Shown in pieces: positions 35,970-45,396 of a stretch of DNA of 64,000 nucleotides. The position numbers and the translations under genes are program-made. Each line of letters opens with the position of its first letter. The stretch's first letter is position 1. The notes beneath the pieces were generated by a model. That model was given only the letters and a program-made list of their open reading frames with translations. It was not told the DNA's origin and made no database searches. The stretch is from assembly GCA_045862955.1 (NCBI GenBank), contig BTVI01000003.1, positions 40,762 to 104,761 of the forward strand, in the 5' to 3' direction. This stretch comes from Fimbriimonadales bacterium (GTDB lineage: Bacteria > Armatimonadota > Fimbriimonadia > Fimbriimonadales > JABRVX01).

Positions 35970-37010
35970 TTAGCGGCGAGAGCGGGATTGCTGGATCATC
36001 ACCGCCGCCACGATGATCCCACCTTTCGCCAGCAGGCGGTATGCCTCCTGGACGTTGTTGATGCTGAGAATCTTGTTGATGTAGGCGATGATGAGCACGC
36101 CGATGAACGTGAACACCATGCCCCCGCGTCCGCCCATCAGACTGGTTCCGCCAATGACCACCGCGGCAATCGCGTCGAGTTCGTAGGTGAAGCCCGCCTC
36201 CGAAGGGTCGCCCAGCCCGAGCCGCGCCGCGTTCGAGACCCCTGCCATGCCCGCCGTGATGCCGCAGATCACGTAAGCGAGCACCTTCGTCAGCGAAACG
36301 TTGATTCCCGAAAGTCTGGCCGCCTGCTCGTTGCCGCCTACCGCGTACAGCGTGCGGCCGTAGGTCGTGTACCGGACCACGAAGTACAGCACGACCACCG
36401 TAATCAGGAAAGCGAGCGTGATGGGCTGCAGACCTAGGCCGGGAAGTGGGGAAGTGAGCCAGTCGAACACGGGCGGTCGCCCCGCCTGATACACGTACCA
36501 CGGTTGGGCGCCCGGCTGGATCTTGATGCCCCCAGAGATCACCTTGGCCAATCCGCGTGCAGCCACCATCATCGCTAGCGTGGCGACGAACGGCTGCATT
36601 CGCAGCTTCGTCACTAGCGTGCCACTGATAAGACCCGCTACCCCACCGGCCCCCACAGTGACTGCAATCGCGGGAAGCGCTGCCCATCCGTAGCCGACCG
36701 TCAGCAGCGAGAAAAAGGTCGCGGCGAATCCGAGCAGCGAGCCCACGGCCAGGTCAATCCCAGCCGTTAGGATTACCAGCGTCATCCCGCACGCCAATAG
36801 GCCGTACTCCGCATACTCGTACAGGATATCGAGCTGCGTCGTGGGTTGCAGGAAGATGGAGTGGCCCGTCTTCAGTGAAACGGGGCTGAACGCCACCCCT
36901 AGCATGAACACGAACAGAAACGCGATTACGCCGCGAGCGCCGTCTAGAAGATCCAGAACGGTGCGCACGCGGCTGCGAGTCTGCTCTGCCGGTCCAAGAT
37001 GGGGGTTCAC
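35970..37010 (-). CDS. Sugar ABC transporter permease (RbsC-like)
   Basis: The 346-aa polytopic product resembles RbsC/AraH (..GIDLAVGS.., ..GGTSLMGGRG..). Confidence 0.85.
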   Translation of the reverse strand: MNPHLGPAEQTRSRVRTVLDLLDGARGVIAFLFVFMLGVAFSPVSLKTGHSIFLQPTTQLDILYEYAEYGLLACGMTLVILTAGIDLAVGSLLGFAATFFSLLTVGYGWAALPAIAVTVGAGGVAGLISGTLVTKLRMQPFVATLAMMVAARGLAKVISGGIKIQPGAQPWYVYQAGRPPVFDWLTSPLPGLGLQPITLAFLITVVVLYFVVRYTTYGRTLYAVGGNEQAARLSGINVSLTKVLAYVICGITAGMAGVSNAARLGLGDPSEAGFTYELDAIAAVVIGGTSLMGGRGGMVFTFIGVLIIAYINKILSINNVQEAYRLLAKGGIIVAAVMIQQSRSRR

Positions 37011-37058
37011 GGTTTGCCTTCCCGTTCCGCCCTGGGCATGGGGATTCCTGCCGACGAA

Positions 37059-37949
37059 CTAGACGGTCGTAGGCAGCCCCAGGCTCTCGAACCGCGCCAT
37101 CATCTCGCTCGTCTGCCCCTCGGTGAGGTCTAGCAAGGGTAGTCGCATCTTGCCACCGGGCAGCCCCCGTGCCCGTACGGCGGCCTTTCCAGCGGCGGGG
37201 AGGCCGTATTGGCGCAGCACATCGTTCATCGCCGACAGGCGCTCCTGAGCGCTCTCCGGATCGCCACCGGTCTGAAAGGCTCGCACCACCGCGACCGCGA
37301 GCTCCGGATAGGCGTTCGATGCCCCGCTCACCGTGCCCGCGCCGCCGAGGCGAAGACACTCCAGCAGCAGGTTCTCTTGCCCCACCATCACGCACCTGCC
37401 CGGTAGCCTCTGGAGGGCAGCACGAAGGTAATCGGGTGAACCGGAGCTGTCCTTCATCCCCAGCAGGTTCGGGTGGTCGGCAAGCTCGGCGAGCGTCTCG
37501 ATCTCGATGGGAGTGTCGGTGATTTGCGGAATGTTGTACAGCAGCACCGGCAGTCGAGCGGCGTCTAGCACCCGCAGGTAGTACTCGCGCACTCCGGCCT
37601 GCGGCGGATTCTTGAAATAGTAGGGTGGCATCACGAGAGCGGCATCACAGCCTTCTGCGGCCGCGTGCTTGTTCAGCAGGTTGGTGTCTTCGAGGTTCGC
37701 CGAGCCCGTCCCGGCGATGATGCGCAGTTTCCCGCGGTGCGTGGCGGCCAGCGTGAACAGGTCCATGCGCTCGCGCACGGTCATCGAGGCTGCCTCACCG
37801 TTGGTGCCGCTAACCACCACGCCGTCGCAACCCACCGACTCGTGCCACGCCAGCAACCGCACGAACGCCGCCGAGTCGATCCGCCCCTCCTCGTCGAACG
37901 GCGTGATCACCGCCGGAAACACCCCGAACAACCTCTGTCCCATACCCAA
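37059..37949 (-). CDS. Dihydrodipicolinate synthase / N-acetylneuraminate lyase family aldolase
   Basis: The N-terminus is ITPFDEEGRID...VVVSGTNGEAASMT, and the length (296 aa) is typical of the family. Confidence 0.8.
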   Translation of the reverse strand: MGMGQRLFGVFPAVITPFDEEGRIDSAAFVRLLAWHESVGCDGVVVSGTNGEAASMTVRERMDLFTLAATHRGKLRIIAGTGSANLEDTNLLNKHAAAEGCDAALVMPPYYFKNPPQAGVREYYLRVLDAARLPVLLYNIPQITDTPIEIETLAELADHPNLLGMKDSSGSPDYLRAALQRLPGRCVMVGQENLLLECLRLGGAGTVSGASNAYPELAVAVVRAFQTGGDPESAQERLSAMNDVLRQYGLPAAGKAAVRARGLPGGKMRLPLLDLTEGQTSEMMARFESLGLPTTV

Positions 37950-38213
37950 AGCCTACCCGACCAGGCCTCCCGCGCTCCCGCCCCCTCAGTGCCTCCTTCA
38001 TCCTTCACCACTCGCCGTGGTGAGGCAAGCATGATGTGCGATACGCAAGAGGACTTGTCAGACTAGCCACGAAGCAAGCTGCGGAGTGCCGTACTCAGCC
38101 ACCCGGTTGCCCGCGGGATTGCGGGGTGGCGCGGGACCAAGGGCGGGGATAACCGCAGTCCAACAGAAGAGTCTCCAAGAAAGTGACACTATATATGGTG
38201 TCAAGACGGTATA

Positions 38214-38489
38214 ATGATAAAGAGACGCCTTGTAGACGTCTGGAGGGACGGGAACCGTGCAGGACATCGAGTCGACGAGGTGTTGGCCGAACTGAAGCGG
38301 TTGGACTTCAGCCTCGTGCTGACGACCAAGGGCCACTACAAGATATGGCATCCGAAGCTCGAATGCTGCCCGCACTTCCCGATGGGGTTCATCTTGATAA
38401 ACCCCCATGCTTTCGGAAGGCAGGGCGAAGTCCACCCGGCCGCCATCCGGGACATACTGAAGGCCCTAGATTGGATTGAACAGGAATGA
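38214..38489 (+). CDS. hicA: HicA-like toxin (mRNA interferase family)
   Basis: The segment ..VLAELKRLDFSLVLTTKGHYKIWHP... fits the HicA pattern (L.k.GF....kGSH...hp). It overlaps the hicB start by 4 nt. Its own start is ambiguous: ATG 38214 or GTG 38280. Confidence 0.6.
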   Translation: MIKRRLVDVWRDGNRAGHRVDEVLAELKRLDFSLVLTTKGHYKIWHPKLECCPHFPMGFILINPHAFGRQGEVHPAAIRDILKALDWIEQE

Positions 38490-39082
38490 AGACGCTGAAT
38501 GAGTTGCTGAACGCCTACACGATCAAGGTCACGCCTCTGCCTGCTTCGGATGGTGGGGGGTTCGAGGCGATCTACGAAGAGCTTGCGTCAACCGCTGCCG
38601 GCTATGGTGAAACGCCTGCGGCGGCCGTTGACGCACTCCGCGAGCTTGCAGAGAACGGACTGTCGGACGAGCCGCTGGATAGCATGCCCGCACCACGGAC
38701 CCACGCGCCGTGGGCGTCGTACAGCGGGCGGGTAACGCTGCGCCTGCCGAAGACCCTCCACGCCCGCCTCGACCGGCTGGCGGACGAACAAGGCGTGAGC
38801 CTTAACCAACTGATGGTTCAGGCCCTCCAGTCCGCTGCGGATGCCCTCACCGCAGGCCTGGACTTCGGCCCCGTATTGCCCGCAACGTCTCCGTCAATCA
38901 TCGGCGAGATGCGAGAGGTTCGAGCGGCCATGGACGAGGTAGCGAGTTCATCACTCGTCGTGATTCCTGCTGTTGACTTCGAACCGCAGTATCGGCGCAC
39001 CGGTAAGAGGCACGGACTGAAATTCGAGCGCATCGGAGGTGACGATGGTGGCTACGGGCGTATCGAGCCCAGTATCTGCTGA
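38486..39082 (+). CDS. hicB: HicB-like antitoxin (HicB N-domain plus RHH) with a ~80-aa C-terminal extension
   Basis: The N-terminus TIKVTPLPASDGGGFEAIYEEL...GYGETPAAAVDALRE looks like a HicB fold. It is followed by YSGRVTLRLPKTLHARLDRLADEQGVSLNQLMVQAL (RHH), then an extra tail. Confidence 0.7.
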   Translation: MKTLNELLNAYTIKVTPLPASDGGGFEAIYEELASTAAGYGETPAAAVDALRELAENGLSDEPLDSMPAPRTHAPWASYSGRVTLRLPKTLHARLDRLADEQGVSLNQLMVQALQSAADALTAGLDFGPVLPATSPSIIGEMREVRAAMDEVASSSLVVIPAVDFEPQYRRTGKRHGLKFERIGGDDGGYGRIEPSIC

Positions 39083-39590
39083 GGAGTTCGCCGCATTCCT
39101 CTCTGGTCTCGTTATGCGGTCCATCAGGATTGTGCGCTGCGAGGCCGAGGTTGCATCGCGCCCGGCAACTGACGACTCTCAGGCCCTGCTGGAATTCGGC
39201 GAGGACGCCGAGCTGGTGACTTGCGAGGATCGAATCGCCGTGGTCCATGCAACGTACGGGGTGCGCCTCATTGTGCTTGGAGCCGACGGTGTGCCAGAGG
39301 GACAGCCGGCTGCCGAGCTCACCGTAACGTATCGAGTGGAGTACGACGTGGAGTCCCCGATGACAGAAGACATCTTCGCGGAGTTCCGTAAGGTCACCTT
39401 GCGCTTGCACACGATACCGTTTGCTCGTGAGTGGATACGCGAGACTTCAGCTCGAATGGGCATCAGACCGATCTTGCTGCCGTTGGCGCTGTCGCACCCC
39501 GCTGCCGTACCGCATCGGCCAGCGCCTGGGTCAGGCAGCCCGACGCGAGGAAAGCGAGTGCGGGCGAGCCGAAGGCCGGCTGTTGATTGA
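39039..39590 (+). CDS. SecB-like chaperone (third component of a toxin-antitoxin-chaperone module)
   Basis: The C-terminal motif LHTIPFAREWIRETSARMGIRPILLPL resembles the SecB motif (ILFPYAREcI....G.P.L.L.P.NF). The size (~160-183 aa) also fits. The start is ambiguous: 39039, 39045 or 39114. Confidence 0.55.
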   Translation: MTMVATGVSSPVSAEEFAAFLSGLVMRSIRIVRCEAEVASRPATDDSQALLEFGEDAELVTCEDRIAVVHATYGVRLIVLGADGVPEGQPAAELTVTYRVEYDVESPMTEDIFAEFRKVTLRLHTIPFAREWIRETSARMGIRPILLPLALSHPAAVPHRPAPGSGSPTRGKRVRASRRPAVD

Positions 39591-39598
39591 GAGTGTTC

Positions 39599-39678
39599 CA
39601 TGCCCCGAGCCTCCGGCTGCGGGGCCGGCAGGTGACCTTTCTCCCTCGGCGAAGCCCAGCAGCCGAGCGTCGGGGCTT
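39599..39678. repeat. Diverged solo copy of the second hairpin-repeat family
   Basis: The sequence ccatgccccgagcctccggctgcgggg...cccagcagccgagcgtcgggg aligns with the units at 26848-27437. Confidence 0.6.
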
Positions 39679-39774
39679 CCTACGCTCCTGCGACGGCGCG
39701 GTCCCTGCCTCCCCGACCCCGGTCGGTCACAGCCAGTAGCCCGGGACGCGGCCCGGGGCATAGAGGCCTGAAGC

Positions 39775-40782
39775 CTACCCCCACCGGTCGAAGAGGCTGC
39801 TGACGGACATGTCGAGGTGCACGCGGCGGATGGCTTCGGCGAGAAGCGGAGCGGCGGGGAGCACCGTCAGTTTCGGGAAGCGCTTCGTACGATCGATCGG
39901 CACCGTATCCGTGCACACCACCAGCGAGATGCCCGAGGACTCCAGCCGCTTCGGCGCATCGCCGGAAAGCACTCCGTGCGTGCAGCACGCCACCACGTCG
40001 ACCGCGCCCCGGTGGAACAGCGCATCGGCGCCCTGAACGATGGAGCCCGCCGTGTCGATCATGTCGTCTATCATGATGCACGTCTTGCCTTCCACCTCGC
40101 CAATGATCTCCATGATGTCCACCTTGTTCGGTTCCGGGCGGCGCTTGGCGATGATAGCGATAGGCGCACCGAGCTGCTCCGCGAGCCTCCGCGCCCGTGG
40201 CACGCCCGCCACGTCCGGTGACACCACCACCGTGTCCCGTAGGTGCATCTCGTGTTCTATCAGGTACTGCCCGATCAGCGGCCCCGCATACAGGTGGTCC
40301 ACCGGCAGGTCGAAGAATCCCTGAATCTGGTCTGCGTGCAAATCCACGCACATGATGCGGTCTGCGCCTGCGTTGGTGATCAGATTCGCCACCAGGCGCG
40401 CGCTAACCGGCTCACGGGGCTTAACTTTCTTGTCTTGGCGCGCATATCCGTAATAGGGCATCACCACCGAGATGCGCCGCGCAGAGGCCCGACGGAACGC
40501 ATCCAGCATGATCAGCAGTTCCATCAGGTTGTCGTTCACGGGCGCGCACGTGGGCTGAATGATGAACACGTCGTCCCCGCGCGTGCTCTCTTCGATCTGG
40601 ACGCGTATCTCGCCGTCCGAAAAGCGTGAACATCGGATCTGTCCCAACGTGGTCCCTAACGACTCGGCAATGCGCTCCGACAGCTCCGGGTTGGCGTTGC
40701 CGGTGAAGAGTTTCATTCCGGTCGGTTCGCCGATATCCATGTGGATCGCCGCCTGGGCTTTGCCTATTGTTTGGTCCGCCAT
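39775..40782 (-). CDS. prs: Ribose-phosphate pyrophosphokinase
   Basis: It contains MKLFTGNANPELSERIA, DLHADQIQGFF and the PRPP loop IMIDDMIDTAGS. The start is ambiguous among 40716, 40740, 40782 and 40794. Confidence 0.9.
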   Translation of the reverse strand: MADQTIGKAQAAIHMDIGEPTGMKLFTGNANPELSERIAESLGTTLGQIRCSRFSDGEIRVQIEESTRGDDVFIIQPTCAPVNDNLMELLIMLDAFRRASARRISVVMPYYGYARQDKKVKPREPVSARLVANLITNAGADRIMCVDLHADQIQGFFDLPVDHLYAGPLIGQYLIEHEMHLRDTVVVSPDVAGVPRARRLAEQLGAPIAIIAKRRPEPNKVDIMEIIGEVEGKTCIMIDDMIDTAGSIVQGADALFHRGAVDVVACCTHGVLSGDAPKRLESSGISLVVCTDTVPIDRTKRFPKLTVLPAAPLLAEAIRRVHLDMSVSSLFDRWG

Positions 40783-42137
40783 TTCCGTGCCCACTCCTCT
40801 TTGTTCACTTGCCGGGCCCTGCCGATTGCCAGTGCATCCGGCTCGACGTCCTCGGTGATCGTGGAGCCCGCCGCCGTAAAGGCTCCGTCCCCGATCTGCA
40901 CCGGTGCAACGAGCGTACTGTTCGAGCCGATGAACACGCCTTTGCCGATTACCGTCCGGTGCTTTCGCTTCCCATCGTAGTTGCAGGTGATAGTGCCCGC
41001 CCCGATGTTAGTGTCCGACCCGACCGTCGCATCTCCCACGTACGCGAGGTGCCCGATGCTCACATCGTCTCCAATCTGGGAGTTCTTCAACTCCACGAAA
41101 TCCCCTATCGAGCAGTTGCGTCCGACCTTTGTTCCCGGTCGCAGATGAGCAAACGGGCCGACCCGAGTACCGAAACCGATCTCGCTCTCCACCACGTTGC
41201 TGCTCAGGACGGTGGCGCCGTCCTCCACGATGCCGTCCACGATTCGCGTCCCTGGGCCGATCGTGCAGTTGCGCCCGATGCGTGTCGTCCCCTTAATGCA
41301 GCACCCCGGCTCTACGACGGTGTCCGGGCCGATCTGGACGTCCATGTCCACATAGCTGTTCTTCGGGTCGGTGATGGTCACGCCGCTCGTCGCCAGATCC
41401 TTCAGCTTGCGCATCCGCAGGACTTCGGCTGCCTGACTTAGTTGCCAGCGGTCGTTCACACCCATCAGCAGCGTGGGATCCGGCGTTGTCCAAGTAGCCA
41501 CACGGTAGCCGGCTGCTGCAGCGAGGCCGATGATGTCCGTGAGGTAGTACTCTTGCTGTGCGTTGTCCGCTTTGAGTCGTGGCAGCAGGTCGGCCAACAA
41601 CGCCACCTCGAAGCAATAGAGCGAGGTGCAGACTTCCTTGATTAGGCGCTGCTGGGGTGTGCAGTCGCGCTCTTCGACGATCCCCACCGGCTCTCCCGCC
41701 TGGTTTCGCAGCACGCGCCCGTAGCCCGTCGGGTCGTCGTACTGGCACACCGCAAAGGTGAGCTGCGCCCCCATCTCCTCGTGAGTTCTCAGCAGCGAGG
41801 TCAACATCTCGCCGGTCACTAGCGGTGCGTCGCCGGGCATCGTCAGGGCGCGCGTGGCACCCTGGTTGCGTAGCGCGGGAAGCGCTTGCATCAGAGCATG
41901 CCCTGTCCCCAGTTGCTCGCTCTGGGCAGCGTAGTCGTTCTGAGGGCCGAGCACATCCTGCACTCGCTCGGCACCGTGCCCGACAACGACGATGGGGCGG
42001 GGAACGCCTGCCGAGCGCATCGCGCGCACGCAGTGCTCGGTCAGAGGGATGCCACAGACAGGGTGGAGGGCTTTGGGTAGCTCGGACACCATGCGCGTGC
42101 CTTTGCCTGCGGCGAGGATCACTCCGGACAGTGTCAA
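40764..42137 (-). CDS. glmU: Bifunctional UDP-N-acetylglucosamine diphosphorylase / glucosamine-1-phosphate N-acetyltransferase
   Basis: It has the N-terminal LAAGKGTRM motif and C-terminal hexapeptide (left-handed beta-helix) repeats. The product is 457 aa. Confidence 0.95.
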   Translation of the reverse strand: MTLSGVILAAGKGTRMVSELPKALHPVCGIPLTEHCVRAMRSAGVPRPIVVVGHGAERVQDVLGPQNDYAAQSEQLGTGHALMQALPALRNQGATRALTMPGDAPLVTGEMLTSLLRTHEEMGAQLTFAVCQYDDPTGYGRVLRNQAGEPVGIVEERDCTPQQRLIKEVCTSLYCFEVALLADLLPRLKADNAQQEYYLTDIIGLAAAAGYRVATWTTPDPTLLMGVNDRWQLSQAAEVLRMRKLKDLATSGVTITDPKNSYVDMDVQIGPDTVVEPGCCIKGTTRIGRNCTIGPGTRIVDGIVEDGATVLSSNVVESEIGFGTRVGPFAHLRPGTKVGRNCSIGDFVELKNSQIGDDVSIGHLAYVGDATVGSDTNIGAGTITCNYDGKRKHRTVIGKGVFIGSNSTLVAPVQIGDGAFTAAGSTITEDVEPDALAIGRARQVNKEEWARKWRTKQ

Positions 42138-42163
42138 AACCGTGTGGCTCCTTACAGTGACGG

Positions 42164-42237
42164 TGGCTGGCGGGGGAGGATTCGAACCTCCACAAGCAGA
42201 ACCAAAATCTGCTGTCCTGCCCTTAGACGACCCGCCA
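42164..42237 (-). tRNA. tRNA-Gln (anticodon UUG), CCA encoded
   Basis: The reverse complement folds as a cloverleaf. The acceptor is TGGCGGG/CCCGCCA (U1-A72, as in bacterial tRNA-Gln). The anticodon stem is GCAGA/TCTGC with loop TTTTGGT. The T-arm is GGAGGTTCGAATCCTCC. Length is 74 nt. Confidence 0.9.
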
Positions 42238-42247
42238 GTGCGCCTGG

Positions 42248-42253
42248 ATTATA
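42248..42253 (-). promoter_or_regulatory. Perfect TATAAT -10 hexamer ~10 nt upstream of the tRNA-Gln 5' end
   Basis: The plus strand reads attata at 42248-42253. There is no convincing -35. Confidence 0.35.
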
Positions 42254-42347
42254 CCGTTGTAGGCGATACCCCCCGACTTGCCCAAATAGCGATGGGGAGC
42301 CGCAAGGAGCAGCTCCCCGAAAGGTTCGGCGTGTTCGCCGACAAGGG

Positions 42348-43022
42348 CTATCGGTTGCGACGCCCTCGGAACATGCGGAGCCCGATCAGGCCTAGACCAA
42401 CGGTTACGAGCGTTGCAGGCTCAGGAACGAGACCTGGGACGTACACACCGACGTTCTGACCCGAGTATCCGCCACCGGATGCAGTTGCGACCCAAAGGAT
42501 CCCCGCATCGGGCTCGTACAGGCTGTGGATTTGGAACATCAGCGCGGTGTCGGCTACGTCGGGTGACGCACTGCCTACGCGTATTGCGCTCGAGGTGGTT
42601 CCAGCCCACTCGGCATCTCCAGCAGCTTCATCTCCGATGAAAAACCACGGGATGAAGTTGACTCCCCCGCCCTTGCCACCGCCGTTACCGAGGTTTACGA
42701 ATGGCGAGATATCGGTCAAGCCGAAATAGGTGATTGCGCCAGGAACACCGGTGATGCTGCTGCCCGACACGTTCCGAATTCTATAAGAGTAGAAGTAGCC
42801 AGGATCGCCCACATGAGTGAACGCCCAGTAGTCGACATAGACATCCCCGAGGGAGACCCCCGGAACAGGATCGAGCAACACGGAACCCTGGTACAGGATA
42901 TTTACGTTGGGGTCCAAAGCATCGGGGTCGACATACGATACAGCGCCCGCCTGGACAACGAGACCAGACAGGGCGACCGTAATCAACGTCCCCCAAAACA
43001 ACCTTCTCACGGACACGGCCAT
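42348..43022 (-). CDS. PEP-CTERM sorting-domain secreted protein
   Basis: It has an N-terminal signal peptide. The C-terminus VPEPATLVTVGLGLIGLRMFRGRRNR gives PEP, a TM helix and a basic tail. Confidence 0.85.
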   Translation of the reverse strand: MAVSVRRLFWGTLITVALSGLVVQAGAVSYVDPDALDPNVNILYQGSVLLDPVPGVSLGDVYVDYWAFTHVGDPGYFYSYRIRNVSGSSITGVPGAITYFGLTDISPFVNLGNGGGKGGGVNFIPWFFIGDEAAGDAEWAGTTSSAIRVGSASPDVADTALMFQIHSLYEPDAGILWVATASGGGYSGQNVGVYVPGLVPEPATLVTVGLGLIGLRMFRGRRNR

Positions 43023-43391
43023 CGCGTACCTCCTTGATGTTCGCGATAGTTCCGGGAGTTCGGCACAACGATCACTTCGGCCGTCTAAAACTCTCCTTCA
43101 AACTATTCGCGCTGGACCAGACTGTTAAAAGCAATTGGAGACATGGGGCAATTTCCCCAGTCTCCCAGGTTGCGGCCAAAAACAACGTAGTCAGAGCTAG
43201 CTCGTGACCGCGACTTACATAGGCTGCGCGGCTGCCGTATCCCTCGGACGGCTTTGCGCCGACCGGGCGGCTCACCACTATTCTACACCAAGTTCCCCCC
43301 AATTGGTACAGGAGCGGCGGAAAAAAGGGATAAAACCGTGTCGATCCTCAGGAGCACAGACCCGTGCGCAGCCTCGTTCTGAGCGGGTACC

Positions 43392-44432
43392 GTGCTCTCG
43401 ATGAGTCACATGCTGGACGAGATGAGCGAACAGCCTCGGATTCTGCGCGGCGCCGTGGACAGGCTGTGGCAGCGCTCGGTGGCAGCGGCGAAGGCTGCCA
43501 GGAGCTGCCCATTCGTGGTGATCGCTGCTCGCGGAACCTCGGACCACGCCGCTACCTACGCCAAGTACCTGCTCGAAATCCGTTGCGGCATGCCGGTCGC
43601 GTTGGCGGCGCCGAGCGTCCTCACGTTGTACGGTGCACGGCTCCGTCAAAAGGGGTCGCTGGTTGTTGGCATTTCCCAGTCCGGTGCCGCCCCCGACGTG
43701 ACGGCGGTCGTCCAGGAAGCAAGACGGGCAGGCGCGGTGACCTTGGCCATCACCAACGAGGAGCAAAGTCCGTTGGCGCAGGCAGCGGCGCACCTGTTGC
43801 CGCTGGGCGCAGGACGCGAGCGTTCGGTCGCGGCTACCAAGACCTATACGGCCACTCTGGGGGCGCTGTTGGTCTTTGCGCACGCTCTGGTAGGTATGGA
43901 GCCTCCCAAACGCGAGATCGAGGCAGCGGCCGACGCGGTGGAATCTGCCCTAAAGGCGGCTCCTGAGATCGAGCGTATCGCGGAACGGTTCCGCTTCATG
44001 GAAGAGTGCGTTGTGCTCGGTCGTGGCTACAACTATGCCACTGCTCTCGAGACTGCACTGAAGATCATCGAGACGAGCTACGTAATGGCGAAATCCTACT
44101 CTGCCGCCGATTTCATGCATGGCCCGATGGCGCTACTGCGACAAGGCTTTCCGTGCCTAATGATGGCCAACTCGGGTCCGAGTCTGCCTGCGGTCCGGGA
44201 GCAAGCCACCAAGCTGCTCGAGCGCAAGGCCGAGCTGATGGTGTTCTCCGATGACGAGGAGATGCTGCGGCTGGCACGAGTGCCCATGCGAGTGCCCTTC
44301 TCGATCCCGGACGAGCTGGCGCCGATCGCGTATGTCGTCTATGGGCAGCTATTCGCCTACTACTTGGCAAAGACGCGTGGGCTGAATCCGGACAGGCCTC
44401 GGGCGCTCAGAAAGGTGACCCGCACGCTCTGA
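43392..44432 (+). CDS. Double SIS-domain sugar-phosphate isomerase/deaminase (AgaS / FrlB / GlmS-C-like)
   Basis: It contains VVIAARGTSDHAA, GISQSGAAPDV and VAATKTYTA, and a second SIS half. Confidence 0.7.
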   Translation: MLSMSHMLDEMSEQPRILRGAVDRLWQRSVAAAKAARSCPFVVIAARGTSDHAATYAKYLLEIRCGMPVALAAPSVLTLYGARLRQKGSLVVGISQSGAAPDVTAVVQEARRAGAVTLAITNEEQSPLAQAAAHLLPLGAGRERSVAATKTYTATLGALLVFAHALVGMEPPKREIEAAADAVESALKAAPEIERIAERFRFMEECVVLGRGYNYATALETALKIIETSYVMAKSYSAADFMHGPMALLRQGFPCLMMANSGPSLPAVREQATKLLERKAELMVFSDDEEMLRLARVPMRVPFSIPDELAPIAYVVYGQLFAYYLAKTRGLNPDRPRALRKVTRTL

Positions 44433-44447
44433 TCCAAACATGAGCAA

Positions 44448-44471
44448 GGGCCCGGTGCTTTCACCGGGCCC
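44448..44471. terminator. Bidirectional terminator-like hairpin between convergent genes
   Basis: The stem gggcccggtg / caccgggccc is a 10-bp perfect match with loop cttt. It lies between the stops at 44432 (+) and 44491 (-). Confidence 0.5.
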
Positions 44472-44490
44472 CGCCACGTCAGCGATTAGC

Positions 44491-45378
44491 CTACTGAGTT
44501 ATATCCCACTTGTACGCGTCAATGTCCGTGATCGGACCCGCGTAGTTCGCGACCACATTCGGCACGCCCGCCGCGATCTGCTGGATGGTCATGGACTTGG
44601 CATGTCCGTCCACGAACACCGTGGTGCACTTATCGGTGTGCCACGGCCAGCAGCCACCGAAAACATCCCAGGCATTCGGAAGCTCTGGGTGCCAACCCGT
44701 GTATGGGTAGTAATTGTTGCCCGGTAGCGGCCAGGTGTCCACGCGCGTTCCGTCCGGCTTTACCCACGTACGGGCAGGCGGAATGGCGATCCAGTTGCCG
44801 CCACCGAACGGCTTGCCGCTGGCATCTCTGTTCCACACCGTGTCGATGTGGAGGAACGTGTTGGCGGTCGAAGCGATGCGCCCTTCCTTCGTCGGAACGG
44901 AGCCCCAACCTGACGAAGTGGAATACACCGGGCTCAGATAATATGAGTTCATCCCGACGTTAGTGCGCAGCGACCACTCGTAGTTGCGTTCCCAGCGGTT
45001 GGCCGGTGGCGGGCATTCGCCTTCGTTGCCGTGCTGGGTTAGCTCCTTGTCGTTGGCAGTCGGGTCAGACGGGCAGCGAAAGACTGTCCACTCCTTCACG
45101 TAGCCCTGAAGGGACGTTACCCAGACTTGGTCTCTGTAGTCGTACGAACACCCCGCCCATGCTGCGGTGTGATTGGTGAGGACGAACTTGCCGTTATTGT
45201 CACCGCGATACTGCGCTTGGGCAATCGCGACCTGCTTGTAGTTCGAGATGCACTGCGAGACCTTGGCGGCTTTGCGAGCCTGTGAGAATACAGGGAATAG
45301 GATTGCAGCAAGAATCGCGATAATTGCGATGACAACCAGCAGCTCGATAAGCGTGAAACCGGTCCTTTTCATGATCAT
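44491..45378 (-). CDS. Prepilin-type N-terminal cleavage/methylation domain protein, H-X9-DG family
   Basis: The N-terminus is [24 protein letters not shown]. The C-terminus [18 protein letters not shown] fits H-X9-DG exactly. Confidence 0.9.
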   Translation of the reverse strand: MIMKRTGFTLIELLVVIAIIAILAAILFPVFSQARKAAKVSQCISNYKQVAIAQAQYRGDNNGKFVLTNHTAAWAGCSYDYRDQVWVTSLQGYVKEWTVFRCPSDPTANDKELTQHGNEGECPPPANRWERNYEWSLRTNVGMNSYYLSPVYSTSSGWGSVPTKEGRIASTANTFLHIDTVWNRDASGKPFGGGNWIAIPPARTWVKPDGTRVDTWPLPGNNYYPYTGWHPELPNAWDVFGGCWPWHTDKCTTVFVDGHAKSMTIQQIAAGVPNVVANYAGPITDIDAYKWDITQ

Positions 45379-45396
45379 GTTCGTAGTCCTTTGCGT

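Noticed and set aside
43135-43163. Hairpin ggagacatgggg-caattt-ccccagtctcc in the divergent intergenic region between the PEP-CTERM and SIS genes
   Set aside because: It is a single imperfect stem with no recognisable motif and no positional logic I can support. It is noted only.
42164-43391. tRNA-Gln as the attachment site of a genomic island
   Set aside because: There is no integrase, no direct repeat of the tRNA 3' end, and no obvious foreign gene block. glmU follows the tRNA within 26 nt.
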